DNA from: Klebsormidium nitens
Lineage: Eukaryota > Plantae > Klebsormidiophyceae
Reading direction: 5' to 3'
Length of the DNA stretch: 64,000 nucleotides
NCBI GenBank assembly: GCA_000708835.1
Contig: DF237138.1
Coordinates: forward strand, 1-64,000
In this document: positions 49,826-62,391 of the stretch, piece by piece
Layout of the letters: every line of letters starts with the position of its first letter
How positions within the stretch are numbered: position 1 is the first letter of the stretch
Translations under genes and position numbers: made by a program
Notes under the pieces: generated by a model
The model's database searches: none
Seen by the model: the letters and a program-made list of their open reading frames with translations, nothing else
Told to the model about the DNA's origin: nothing

Positions 49826-52800
49826 ATGGCGGCTCAGATCGTGCTGAACAGAAAGCGGAGGGCCAAGGAGGAGCGGAACCGGGCACCCAATGGCAGCCAA
49901 TTCGACAACCCCATGTACTACGCCGAGTCTGACATAACGTCCGAGGACGATGGGGCTGGGGAGCAAATGGGAATGGAAGAGGCGATCAAGGATATTGAGG
50001 AGTGAGTCTTGCATTGTAGTCATGTTCTTGCGTGGATTTGAGACCGACTTCTTGTGTGCACAATTGTGTGGTTGTTGTCACTTGAGGATTGTCTAAAGAC
50101 ACACTTTGCATTGGGTCCCGCCCACGACAACTGGTAAACGCTGATTCGTTCAGAACAGATCGGTTGGACAATGTCTATCAGAATCTTCAGCAGCTTTCTG
50201 AGTTGCTTAAGGTGCAGCTCCGCAGCAATTCTACTTTGAGCTTCTGGGGCCTTCTTTTAAACAACTGCCTCAAACTGCAAGCTAGTCTCAGGCAAGATAA
50301 TTTCTACTTCTACTTGACGGATGAAGAAATCAAGTCCGGCGCTTTACATCAGACTGCTGACGCCCATTCGGCCACTTACAGTATTGTACAAGAACTTGAG
50401 ATTGGAGGTCCGGTCTGATCTTTTACAATCACATTCTCCAGTGACCAGCTTTTCTGATGATGAGATTATTGTCAGCCGAACCTTCTTGGTTTTCATTGAG
50501 CGAACCAACTACGCTGTGTCAGTGTTTCATGATGTGCACTGAATGCAAAAGGTTGACACTTTCATAACATTGACCATCACAGATTGGCGCTTGGGCAGGA
50601 TCGGAAAACACCGGATCCATTTCTCTGTGTCAGTAAAAATGGATATCATTGAGTCTCCTTCCGGCACTGCTTACAAAATCACAATACAAGAGCGCCCAGG
50701 GAGTAAAGCTGAGCGGGATGCGCCGGCTGTGTGTCAACGCTTTGCCTGCTCCGCTAACCGCTCCCTCTTGACACTTGCAGCGACGACCATAAGGTGGTGA
50801 ACGGCGTATATCGCATGATCAAGGAACGAAGCGCGCACAAGACCGCTTATATCGACCTTCTGACGTTTATCCTGTTCACGGCTCTGTATATGACGGTGCT
50901 CTACTTGCAACAAGGCAATGCGCAGCGTTATCAGGTCACACAGTCGATGCAGCCTCTGTTGCCTCAGGTAAGCCTGCGATTGTTGCTTGAAAGGGGAGGT
51001 GAAAATGAGCTACAATCAAGACGGAAGGTCCAAAGTTGAGCAGTGACGCGACAAGAGCATCCGGCTATGATGACATGAACGCTCAGTCGACGACGTACTA
51101 AGCGGAGAAGGGGCTTTGCCGTACTCACATATACCCTATTGACTTATGCTGCAGCTTTTCTTTTCGTATATATGCTACTCCGCGTTTTCCTGGTCCCACA
51201 AGCTCGTTGGGCTTATTGTAGGTACAGTGGAACTAGGGGTTCGTTGCTTCTTCACGCTTCACCGAAAGAGGGCGTGCACCACTCTGAATAGGCATAAACT
51301 ATCTTCGAGTTCAGATGCAGCTTGGGCTGAGTTAACTTTAACGCGCGCATTTGCGTTGGGCCAACCGAGATTCTAACCTGCCTGGTGGACCATAAAACCG
51401 CAGCGTTTTCTCTTTCTTCGGTTCAGAATCCCTCACTCAGCCGAGGGCTCTGCTCACTTATCGAAACAATGCATTCGTCACTACTGCTTTTGAGCAGAAG
51501 CTGGGTGGTCCTAGTGCTAACTATCGGTACAATCTCAGCATAACCCTTTCATAACCCACTGCTACCCGACTTAATAACCCACTTTCTTCAGGACACGAGT
51601 CTCTCACGACCTAAACGAGAGGTTTGTTATTACGATCTCAGCCGAACCTTATCCTAACCCACTGCCAACGTCTTTTCAACCTGCTTTTTTCAGGACACAA
51701 ATCTTACCCAACCGACGGATGTTTTCACGTACCTGAACGAGACGTTCGTTATTACGATCTCAGCCGAACCGTGTCCTAACCCACTGCTAACGTCTTTTCA
51801 ACCTGCGTTTTACAGGACACAAGCCTTACCCAGCCGACGGATGTTTTCACGTACCTGAACGAGACGTTCATCAGTACGCTCTGGGCGGACCCCATCCCAA
51901 CCTTCGACAATCCTGACGGGACGGAAGCAGACGGGAACCTGGGGCGTTACGCGGGGAATCACAACAGGTGAGGCGTTTTCTTGGCCGGGGGCCTGACTTG
52001 ATGCGAAATGTCCGCACAAACCCTCTAAGACTGGTGCGCCCTAATTCGGACGATTTTTATTTCGGACGGGCAAACCCAAAATCTAATTTCGGACTCAGTT
52101 AACCCAGTCTGCGGCTGCTCGTGGACGTCGGTTCTCGAGGTCGCGTTTCAAAATACTTTCAGGAGCGCGCGACACCGTTACACACGCGCGGGTGCGGCCA
52201 CAGACTGGTTCAGATAGTCGGAAACTAAAACCCGTGTTTGCCTGTCCGAACTTGAAATCGTCCGGAATTCGGCGCACCAGTCTTACATAGTTGGCTGGCA
52301 GGAAACGGGGTGAGGTTGTCTCTTTGAACGGATGGCGCCTTTGGATGCCAATCAACATGCGTCCGTCTAGGATCTCGGCTTGATTCGCCCGGCTTCAAGC
52401 GATTGACCGAACTGACAGTCCGCTTTATCTGGATGCGACACCGAACGTCCACTTGGTCTTGTTGCGAAAACGGACTTCCTCGTTGCTCGCTCAAAGTGAC
52501 GTTTTGTTAGAGCGACTAGACTGTCAGTGGTCTGCTCGATGGACGGACGTCCGATATTGTGTTCCGGCCGAGCGGACGTCCGCTTCGTCTGCTCGAAGAC
52601 ATGCAGAGTCCGCTTGATGTGCTCCACGAGACTGACGTCCGCTTGCCCACCTGATTGTACGGACGTCCATTATTGGGTCCATATTGGCTGTTCGCTTGGG
52701 ACGATCGTTCGATGGACGTCCACCGGGCTGTTTGATGAAGGTCTGCCTAAGTGGCGGACGTCCTCATGGTATGAGTGAAAGAGCGGCCGTCCGAATACCG

Positions 52801-55800
52801 GCCATCATGAGCCGACGGACGTCCGCCTGTTTGGCGCTTTGATGAAAGGCGTCCGCGTACTTGGCAATCCCTAACGGATGTTGGAGTATTTCGGCCGAGC
52901 TAGATCCGTGGATGTCAGTCCTTCCGATTACTCTTAAAGACGGAGGGTTAATGAACGGTTTCTCTTGAACAAAAAAGACGTCCGCCGTGCACTGCAGGAT
53001 TCTGGGGGGACTACTCGTTCACCAGGCGCGCTACGGAGGGCGAGTTTGTGCCCGGAAGAGGTAACTGCCTTTCGAACTTCGCTCTTCAGTCTCTGTATGA
53101 GTTGAGAGGGCCCTTCCGGTCCTTGGGGGCATCTCGTTTCTTGGGTATTCAAACCGGTAGGGCATGTGAATTTAATGTCCTCTCTTCAAAAGTGGTCGGA
53201 TGTGCTTCGTAAGTATCCTAACCATCCGGTCTTTGAGTTGGTTCCGAAGTGTGCGCTCGTCACCAGCAGATGTGGGCGTCGGCAGTCAAGCCTCTGACGC
53301 TTTGAATTGGAAAGTACTCCCCTTAAGTGCTCTGAGATGAGTCAAATCAGCATCTTGATCTGCACCGGACCCCAGAGTCGGCTTTGGGCGTCACTAATGC
53401 CCAGATCCAAGTGTCAGCTGGAACCGTTGCGATCCGGGGCTTTACGTTATCAGATTTCGGTCAGGACTGCTTCCTTGTTTCGTTACCTGCATCTGCGTCG
53501 ATTCTAAGCGTGAATCTGTTCTTTAACTCATCTACACAGATTCTCGACTCACTCTGCTTCGCTTGACATTTACTTTTATTGACCCTTCACTTTTTCAAGG
53601 CGTGCAGGTTTCAGAACCTGTTCCAGTACTGCTCCACTAGCAGTACCTCAAAGGAACCGTTTGGCGTTAACCCCATCTACGTCAACACGTCGGTTTTGTA
53701 CAACCCAAACGTGACCGCGACCGACTACTACGCTCCGGCCGAGATCAACAGCGCGGGGATACCCTATGCGCTCTTCTTTCGCAAGATCGAGGTGGGCGAA
53801 CTAAAGTATAACCCCAATTCCGAGCGAGTTCTGGGCGATAAACGAAGTCACGTAAAGCTCAACGCTCATATGGTACTAATTCAGTTATAAGGTTTGCACG
53901 AGTATCCAGTTCTGCGGACGTTCCGGAACCGTGCCAACGTCTGTCGTTTCGTTTCAAGAGCCGCTCAGTCAGCGCTGTATGTAGACCGGGATTGAAGCAT
54001 GGCGTCACGCGGGGCAAATATTTCCCTTCTAAATCCTGATCCGTCATTCACGCAGACTTTAAGGGAAAAAAATCGTGATCGGAATGCAGCCCGGTTCACT
54101 GCAGAAGATACAGGGTTGGAAGGACGAATTCGTGGTCCTATTTCACATCACACTCACTCTGGATGAAATAGAACACGGTTGAGGTCGCAATTGAGGTCGC
54201 AATTTATTGGTCCTAAATGTTGCTTCGCATAACGGTTTTCCTCTAAGTATGCAGGGTTTGAAGGACGGTTTCCCGGTGGTGTTCGACATCAACCTCAGTG
54301 CGGAGAATGCGGCCAACCGGCTCCAGTACCTCGCAGACGCTTTGTACCTGGACAATGCCACGGATATCGTCACCGTCCGCGTCATCACCTACAACGGTAA
54401 GCCGCGCGTGACGTCACTTCTTGGTAGCTCGATGTTACCGTCGCCGGTATCAGTAGTACCTGCAGCAACGAGTGTTAGGAGAATTAGCTATGACTGCTTC
54501 TTGTTGAAGCCGGGTGTGCCTCTGCTAAAGATTCATCTTTGCAGTCTTCTTCTTTGCTGTTGAAAGCGCGCGTGATATTGCCTGTGGGGCCCCGGATGCT
54601 TTATACTCGAGCTCACCCCTTCGAACTAGCTAAAAGCCAAAACTTGTAAACTCTTGCGAAAACCGAAACTATTATCTTAGAGATAGGTGCCCTTGGAAGG
54701 GGCACCCTCGATAAATACTTGCAGATGCGAGCGCCGCAAAGCAAAGTTTTCTAAGAGACTGTAAGCTTGATGCCTTTTTGTTGCCAGAACAATTCGTATC
54801 TCTCAGCTTGCAAGCAGCAAGCTCTTGATTCCTGTCGAAGGGGATGAAACCGTCGCCAACCAAACCACTGACGATTCAGTGCCTCTTTGAGCGATCCTGC
54901 GCATGCATGCACCGCCCAAACGCTTTTGCCCTCTTCCCGACCCGTTCAAACCTCGGCGGGACGCAATTCCAGACAACACCAAAGCTACCCCAAGTATAAG
55001 CGTGAGCCCCCTGAGACGATCGTTGTTCTTGTTTACAGGCGACGCCCATCACTTTGCCCAGCTGCAGGCCTTCTTCACCTTCCAACCGGGGGGGAAGATC
55101 GCGGTGAATACCGACATCAAGGGCCTGAACGTCGAAGTCTACGCCAAGACGCAGGACTGGGTGCGGGCGGGGCTCGAGGCCTTATTGGTCATTGGCATAG
55201 CGTATGGCATCTTCTCCGAGGTCAGGGAGGCTATACACGTGCACAAGTCGAAGGGCTCGGTTCTCAGATACTTCTCGAGCCTGTGGAATTTCATCGACGT
55301 CATTTCACTGGCACTGCTCGTATACGCCGTAATTCACAGGTGGGTCCGTTCTTCTTCTGCTTCTCGAGTACAGTTTCCATCAACCTTTCTCAGATATCGC
55401 TTCGTTTTTTGTTTCTCTCTCCTTTCCATGCTTTTGCTGCTTCTCGTTTCCATCGGTTCTTGCTGTGGTAAAAGTTCGAAGTCTGTTCTGCTGAACCTTC
55501 CAAGCTCGACTTTTGACGGCCTGTGCTTTCAGAAGCCAGGCACACCACACGGGCTGACGTCCTATGAATTTCCACTGCTCTTCAAGGCACGGCCAATGCT
55601 GTCTTTGACGGAGACGGCTTTCAGTTTTCTGCTCTCTAATCATGCTCTGGCTACGCGTACGGTTTTCTTATCCAAGACACTTCTTTCGATGGCCCAATTA
55701 CTTACTTCGCCCAAAGAGAGGCAGTCTCTTAAGAGCTTATCTCGACCACGTTGCGATGCAGCCCTTATATGGGAAATCTGAACCCCGGGACGGCTATTTA

Positions 55801-58800
55801 AATGGTCGACTGGCCAACAGTTAAAGTGGAATTACCGGTTTGAAATTCGGCCCTATACTTCGCCGTTACAGGATCTTCTACGTTGTGATGGCCCAAAGGT
55901 TCACAGCGGACGTCCACTACGACATCTACCAGGATCTGAACAGCCTCGGACGTCCGTGGGGCCTCAAACTGGACGGCTCGCAGTACACCGACTTTGCTGA
56001 CCTGGCGACACGTGTCGCCACGCTGATCGAGTTCCACAATGAGTACGTCACCCTCAACGGCATTAAGTGAGTTCCACGCACCTGTGGTGTCAGCGGAGTC
56101 TGAGAATATGCTTGCTTTTAGTATATTACGAGACTTCGTATCAAGTGGCAATCGGTGCTTGGGTGGATATTGTTGGATTTCATTCACAAGATGCTTGTCT
56201 TGTCGGCTTTGATTGACGAGACCCGTTTGCAATTTGATCCGTACGAGTATCACATCGATTCGCGCAACTACGTTACCACTTTCATGTATTGATTTACATC
56301 TTCCGGCCCGTGAGGCGGCTTTCTTATGTTCCCGCGCGTGGTAACCTAGTCGACTCCGCGGCAGGGGATTCCGGAATTCTTATTTCCGGCCAGGGAGTTT
56401 TTGTTGCTTTGTCTACGGGCGTGCTTTCTAAATTCCAACTCAAGATCGTTTCTGACCACCTAAGAGGATCACTTCCCGTCCAACTTCTGTTATTCAATCC
56501 GCGGTATCAAGTACATAACTCGACGTGAGCCAAGTGTTTCTTCCGACCGCTAAACAAACTTGACCTCCGGTTTTTTGCAGCGTCTTTTTGATGATCCTCC
56601 GCGTGCTGAAGCTGCTCGACTTCCAGCCCCAGATGGGCATTCTCACGCGCGCGCTCGCGGCCGCGGGCGCCGACCTCCTTAACTTCTTCATCCTCTGGGG
56701 GATCATCTTCGTTGCGTACGCCTACATTGGGAATCTCATGTTTGGGGGGAACCTAGACGCGGTAAGTTCACCCCCCGATCTCGTTGAGACTTTTTGGCGC
56801 GATGCGCGATCGAAATTCTTCGTTCTCTGGGGAATATATTCGTCGCATACGCCTTCAAAGGGAGGATTCATGTTCGGAAGGAGCCTGGATGCGGTAAAGA
56901 ATCCCCCCATTTCAACGATCAAGTCTTTTAAGCTCCTAAATCTGTATATCGTGACGGGCTCAACTTCTCCTGATACAAAACCAAGATCATCTGGTTTAGG
57001 TCACACTGAACGCTGTAAGGGAATCTCCAAAAGTTACCTGGCTCAACTTAGATTGACTCCCAGACTTTCGCAACGGCGTTCAATGAGTCCGGTGGAACTG
57101 CCCAACAAAGTAGACCTGAACGTACTACTCTCTTCGTCTTTAAATGCCAAGAGTCTAGACTTTGCGTTAGTCTCCGTCGTCGCCTTTGTTGGGCGAATTG
57201 GTTTTGCAGCTTCCTGAACTTGAAGGTGCAAACGCACACAACCACCGATCTGTCGCTGAGCGTTCCATTCCTCGCTTGACCCGCGCAGTCAGTCTCTTAC
57301 ACGTTCCTTTCTCTTTTTGCAGTTCCGGAGCTTGCAGTACTCCCTAACAACAATGTTCATGTGGGTGCTTGGCGACACGACGGTGAGCAGGCCAGCCCAT
57401 AGTCTCTGGTTTCAGGCAATAGGATCACTCTTCAACGCTGGAAGGAAGAACACAACTCAGCCGTCTTAACATCTTGTCCAGCAACTTGAAGCGCCATCTG
57501 CGGGCTCGTTTCTGCGATAACCTCATCACCACATTAATTGACAGAGGAAAAACATTTTCAAGCGTTATGTGTTTCTTTGGCCGCACGGTTCCGTGCCGGA
57601 GAGGCAGTCGATCTTTTTGGCGGTGGTTCTTGATCTACCTGCTCTCCAAGTCCTCTGCATCATTCCATCGTGTAAGTGAGATCACCAGAACTAATCGGAT
57701 CGTTGATCCGCTGAGATTCGGACGGACAGGAATAATATGGGGATCTTTAGGTTTTGATGGGTACTGCGGTAGGCAAAACCCCGGGCCTGTATTTCTGGCT
57801 TAGGAGGGGCTTCGTCAATATGCATGCTTGACGAAATCTCTCTGGAGAGTTGCCTGTTATAAGGCTCTTACGACTGGCCGCCGTGGGCCTGTAATATTCC
57901 GCAACCCGTGCCAAACAATCCGCCCAGAAATCACCCCAACAATCTGAAGAAGCTCGTACTCCCATGAAGCCCGTCGAGTCCGCTTTTCCAGGCGGAATAC
58001 AGATGCGAGGCAAAGCGCGGGTGGGAGCTGAGGGCGGGCCCCTGTGGTCCATCAATAAGTGAATGGTCGATTTGGCAGGGGGAGGGAGGAAGAGGGAAAG
58101 ACGAAGAAGAACAACTCAAGAAAGTCGTCGAATCCTCTTTTCTAGACGGGTCAACGTTGCTGGCGAAGCGCGGAGTGAGAGCTTTGGGCGGGCCATCGTG
58201 GACCGCAAATAATCAAACAAGCAAAGCGGGGTGGAAGAAAGCTAAGAAAAGAAGGAGAAGAAAGAAACCCGTTGTTTACACCTCTTCAGGTGGAGTACAC
58301 GTTGCTGGCGAAGCGCGGGTGGGAGCTGTGGGCGGGCCAGCTGCTGTTCATCACGTTCCAGGTGTGGATGGTGTTCATCGTCATGCAGTTCCTCATCGCC
58401 ATCGCGGTCGACGCCTTCGTGGACGTCAAGGTGAGCGCCCGCCCTAGTTCTTCTCTCCGTCTTCTTCCATTCACCTTTACCGGGAATGTGTTCTGCCTCG
58501 CACTCGAAGTTTTTGACTCCGGTTTTTGCCTAGCCTGCTCACACCACAGTGGTGCTCCAAAAAGCCAAGAATGTAAACGAAAGGAAGGAGGAAGGAGAAC
58601 CTACTCTCCCAACTACAGTCGCCCAGCATTCTGATGTCAAAGTCGGGTTTCCTACTGAACATAAAGATGTTACAAAGGAGGATGTATCGGTGAGATCAGA
58701 AAGGCTGCGCTTGCCCTTCCAAGGCGCCCCGAGTTTGACACTTGCCTCACTGGTCCATATACGCGGTACCATCCGTTAGGTACCGGACTTCCAAGTCACA

Positions 58801-61800
58801 CGGAAGGGCTTGTATGTGTATCCATCTCGACACCTTTGCTCAAAAGAAGGAAGCACATGGTTTTTGGTCCATCTCGATTCCCCTTCTCGGAAGGAGGAAA
58901 CCCAGGCTGGGTCGCCATCTGCCGACTGCCCAAGTTCCATTTTGAAATATAACGACCGAACCTTTATACCAGCTGTCGGAATGACCGGTTGTTATCCCTT
59001 GTCCATCTTTTGAAGCAACCACTGTAGTGCATTTCGATGATTCAAAAGTAGGCACCAAGTCTATTCCGAAGTCTGAACAGCAAAAAAAGTGACGTATGGT
59101 CCTTCATCGAAAGGGAACCGACGTGCCTCTGGGCTTCGTTTTTCGATCAGAGTGGAGTCTATTCGAAGTGTCGCTTCAACGTGTTGGGCGCACTCTGGCA
59201 CCCTACTCGAACGTGCTTCTTGCATGAACTCTCAATACAACTATACAGAAAGAGTCATACTCCCTGATGAAGGCAAAAAGCTGAGTGAGAGGCCACTGAC
59301 AGGTTCAACGACTCCCCGTGGTTTTTGCAGCTGGCGACGGAAAATGCCCCCGGGATGTTCGAGGAGCTGTACGATTTTGGGAAGGCAGGCATTCTGCGGT
59401 ACCGGTACAAGCGACTGCCCGACAAAGCGCTGCTGCGGCAATTGAAGCAACTGAGGGGAACAAGCGTGACAGATGACGTGAGCAAGGTTTTCTGTCTCTT
59501 CGTCCTTTCGATATAGAGTCAATTAAGCTTGAGGTCTTTTAGGATGTCGGCGGGAATTACTGATTTGCTGTACCGGCACAAGCGCCTGCTCGACAAAGCG
59601 CTACTTGGGCAACTGAAGCTTCCGATGCGGACAGGCGTAACAGCTGATGTAAGACCGTTGTTCTGATTTTGGTCCTGAGGTCTTAGACCCCTGGTCCTTG
59701 GTTCTTTAGGCTGTCGGATCACTGCGGTGCTGTCGCGAGTTCATTTGTGGTTTTGGCACAGAGGCGTCCCGAAAGGGCGGCTGAATTCCTTGTTGGGGAG
59801 CACGAGACGGGATGATATACCATGGTCAAAATTCTGCTCGTGCTTGTTTGGAGTCTTTGTTGGCTCTAGGCGGGGGAGTACCAACATCTGATTGTGATCA
59901 GAAACTCGTTTTGACAGGGTGCGAGTCGCTTAAATAGGAACAAAAATGTGCTGCGCGGCTGAATCTTCAAGTCATGACTGATCCGCCTCAGGGAAACGGG
60001 GGGGAACCGAAAGTTGCGACGAGTGTAAGCCGATGTGATGCGGCTACAGTCGCTGCAAATTGCCCTCGGGTTAGATACAGTGGCGACCGAAGACGCGGCA
60101 CATTCGCTTTCCAGTCGCCGAACCGGCGTTCTCCTTGGGAGGCTCTCTTCTACCGACTTCGGTTCATCAGCATCACGTATTTCTTTTCTCGCAGACGGTA
60201 CGAGATGCGGAAAAGACGGGCGATCTGAGCAGTAAAGACAAGGAGCTGATCGTCAAGGTCGACGGTCAGGACGTTGACACCGAACGGCTGAAAGAGGTCC
60301 TCGAGCGCCGGACGCTGTACGAGGTGGGGCGTTCTTTCGTTCGCCTTTTTCAACCCTGATCAAGTTTTCCTGCGGCCACAAGTTTTCTTGCAGGTATCGA
60401 GCCACTCCTCTAGTCAAGAAGGTCATTCCTCCACGTTTGCTTCTATCAGATTTACAAATGTTGCACTGGAGATTGAGTTACTGCAAACATATGAGTTGGG
60501 AGGACCGACCTTGAGTTATACGCTTTCCGGTCGATGCTGAACTTAAGCTCAACATTCTAAGCGAGGGGAAAAAGCTTACGGTCCTCTTCGAGCGACCAAC
60601 TAGAAGCCAGGATGTCTAAGCACTACAGAAAGCATTTGTACGTCGATTTTCCCAATACTTGCAGCAACATGAAAGCGGGATTCGAAGTGGCAAGTCGCCG
60701 CAAGGACGACGAGGGTTCCCGCTATACTGACACCCTGTTCGCAGTTGTGACGAAGGATGGCGGTCCTCGCACACTGGTTCAGACCTCGTAACGCATTTCT
60801 AACTTCTATGATAAGATCTATGATAATCAACCTCATGGGTCTAAGCAGAAACCCATTTTGCTTCGAACCTCACTGAGACCCCTTGATTGATTCCAGCCGT
60901 TACAAAGTGGTGGAAACGTCATTTCTTGTGCTTAAAGTTCCTCAATCTCGATTCGGATGTAGGTAGCTGACAAGTCGTCAGTCGATCCGACGCGCGTTGC
61001 GGAGCAAGTGATGGCACAGTTTGGGCTGGCGATGGAGAAAGTGGAGAAGATCGCAAAGAAGCCCAAGAAGAACGAGGAACTGCACAAGCTCAAGGTGAGT
61101 AAAGAATATTAATTTCGGGAAACAGTAGAGGTTCTATTTTGTATTTATTGCCAAATCCCGAAAACGATAAGGAGCCAAGGCCGAGCAGTTCGTGCTAAAA
61201 GGTCGCGAAGGAAACCAGGAAATACATACGTTCAAGTTATTCGTGAGCTGCGGCTCAAAAAGAACCTTTGAGTGGGCCTGGTTTGCAGCTGGTCAGTGGT
61301 CGTCCTGCTTTGCACAAAACGTCCGCGTCTGCTGATCTGGTCCCTGAGCTTCCAGTCAAGTCCTTGCTTCTTTGCGGACGAAGTGCTAAGAGAACCCATG
61401 GAAGGAGAACGTGGACTCCAGTTTTCCATTCTGGACCCCCACACCGATCAGAACCCCCTGTACGGAGGCTTGCGGTGCCAGCGTAGCTCCCGGAACCCCA
61501 CACTAACGTAATCCCAGGGTACTCTTGCCTGATCGACCGAGGGCTCAAACGGTAAACCTCTCATGCACACCTGGTACTTTGACCGATCACCAGCGGAAGC
61601 GGTCGGGGACCCAAACAAAGGGAGTCAGTTGAGTTGTGCGCGCACGGGGTTCCGGTCGGTGTGGGGGTCCAGAATGGAAAACTGGAGTCCACGTTCTCCT
61701 TCCACGGGTCCTAAGATATAACGGCGAAATAACCCTTCATTAGAGATGTTCGAAGCATTGCCTGCGCACGAAGCACCGGAACGTGAGAAAACCTTTGGAA

Positions 61801-62391
61801 GCTCAAGCTTTGTCGAATCAGCTGATGACCATTTGAGGCTGGACAGGAAAGTTGGGACAGGATATGGGCAATCAAGACGGGTGCAAAGCAGCGCTGTCTT
61901 CTCACATTATAAGCTGTAAAACAGGTTCCATTGAACACGTGTGGTTTTTCCTCGTGTCTCATCTTTGGATTATAAAGAATGATTTCTTTCTTTCTTTTCC
62001 GTTTATTTTTTTGAAGCGCTGTGTCGAAACAACTTTGCTGTATTTCAAAGCAAAGCTTCTCTCAGCCCGGTTTCCGATTCCCTTTGACAGTAGATTGGTC
62101 ATATGGTCAAACCGGAGCAAGAGTTACGCGGCAACCGCCCTAACCCATCTAAGGTTCGGATATTTCGCTATAATTCGAAAACACATCAACGTCTGGACTC
62201 CGTTCCTTCAAGCCTCATCATCTCTTTCTCGTGTTGTTCTGCAGGAAGCGGTGGACTCGTTCGAGAAGCAGCTCGCAAGTATGAGTGACGTCATTCAGGG
62301 GCGACTGAACGCTATCCACGGCGACATGGCGGTCGCCGGGATGTCGCGTTCGACCATTCCGGAAGAAGGGCACGAGGACTTGGACTCTTAG
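49826..62391 (+). CDS. Polycystin-type cation channel (PKD2/TRPP-like), ~757 aa, 14 exons: 49826-50001, 50781-50967, 51816-51967, 53608-53791, 54255-54396, 55039-55339, 55872-56066, 56581-56761, 57323-57382, 58290-58430, 59331-59477, 60195-60323, 60963-61094, 62245-62391
   Basis: S1 (LLTFILFTALYMTVLY); TOP-domain YLDNATDIVTVRVITYNG; YFSSLWNFIDVIS; S4-S5 RVLKLLDFQPQMGILTRALAAAGADLLNFFILWGIIFVAYAYIGNLMFG; pore FRSLQYSLTTMFMWVLGD; S6 FQVWMVFIVMQFLIAIAVDAF. All exons are phase-consistent. Confidence 0.9.
51592..51870 (+). repeat. Tandem triplication (~102-122 bp units) of the intron 2/exon 3 boundary of the PKD2-like gene
   Basis: cag|gacac... starts at 51592, 51694 and 51816; the middle copy reproduces about 55 nt of the exon almost exactly. 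Confidence 0.9.
52028..52283. mobile_element. MITE (~256 bp), ~90-bp imperfect TIRs, TA-flanked (Tc1/mariner-like)
   Basis: Left agactggtgcgccctaattcggacgattt...cccagtctgcggctgc is inverted to right gcggccacagactgg...aaatcgtccggaattcggcgcaccagtct. TA at 52026-52027 and 52284-52285. Confidence 0.8.
52545..52983. repeat. Cluster of palindromic GGACGTCC motifs in an intron
   Basis: Perfect copies at about 52545, 52574, 52661, 52714, 52756 and 52817, plus variants at about 52633, 52848 and 52976. Confidence 0.85.
61392..61711. mobile_element. MITE (~320 bp) with ~70-bp near-perfect TIRs and a 5-bp TSD (TAAGA)
   Basis: Left gaacccatggaaggagaacgtggactccagttttccattctggacccccacaccgatcagaacccc is inverted to right ggggttccggtcggtgtgggggtccagaatggaaaactggagtccacgttctccttccacgggtcc. 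TAAGA at 61387-61391 and 61712-61716. Confidence 0.88.
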
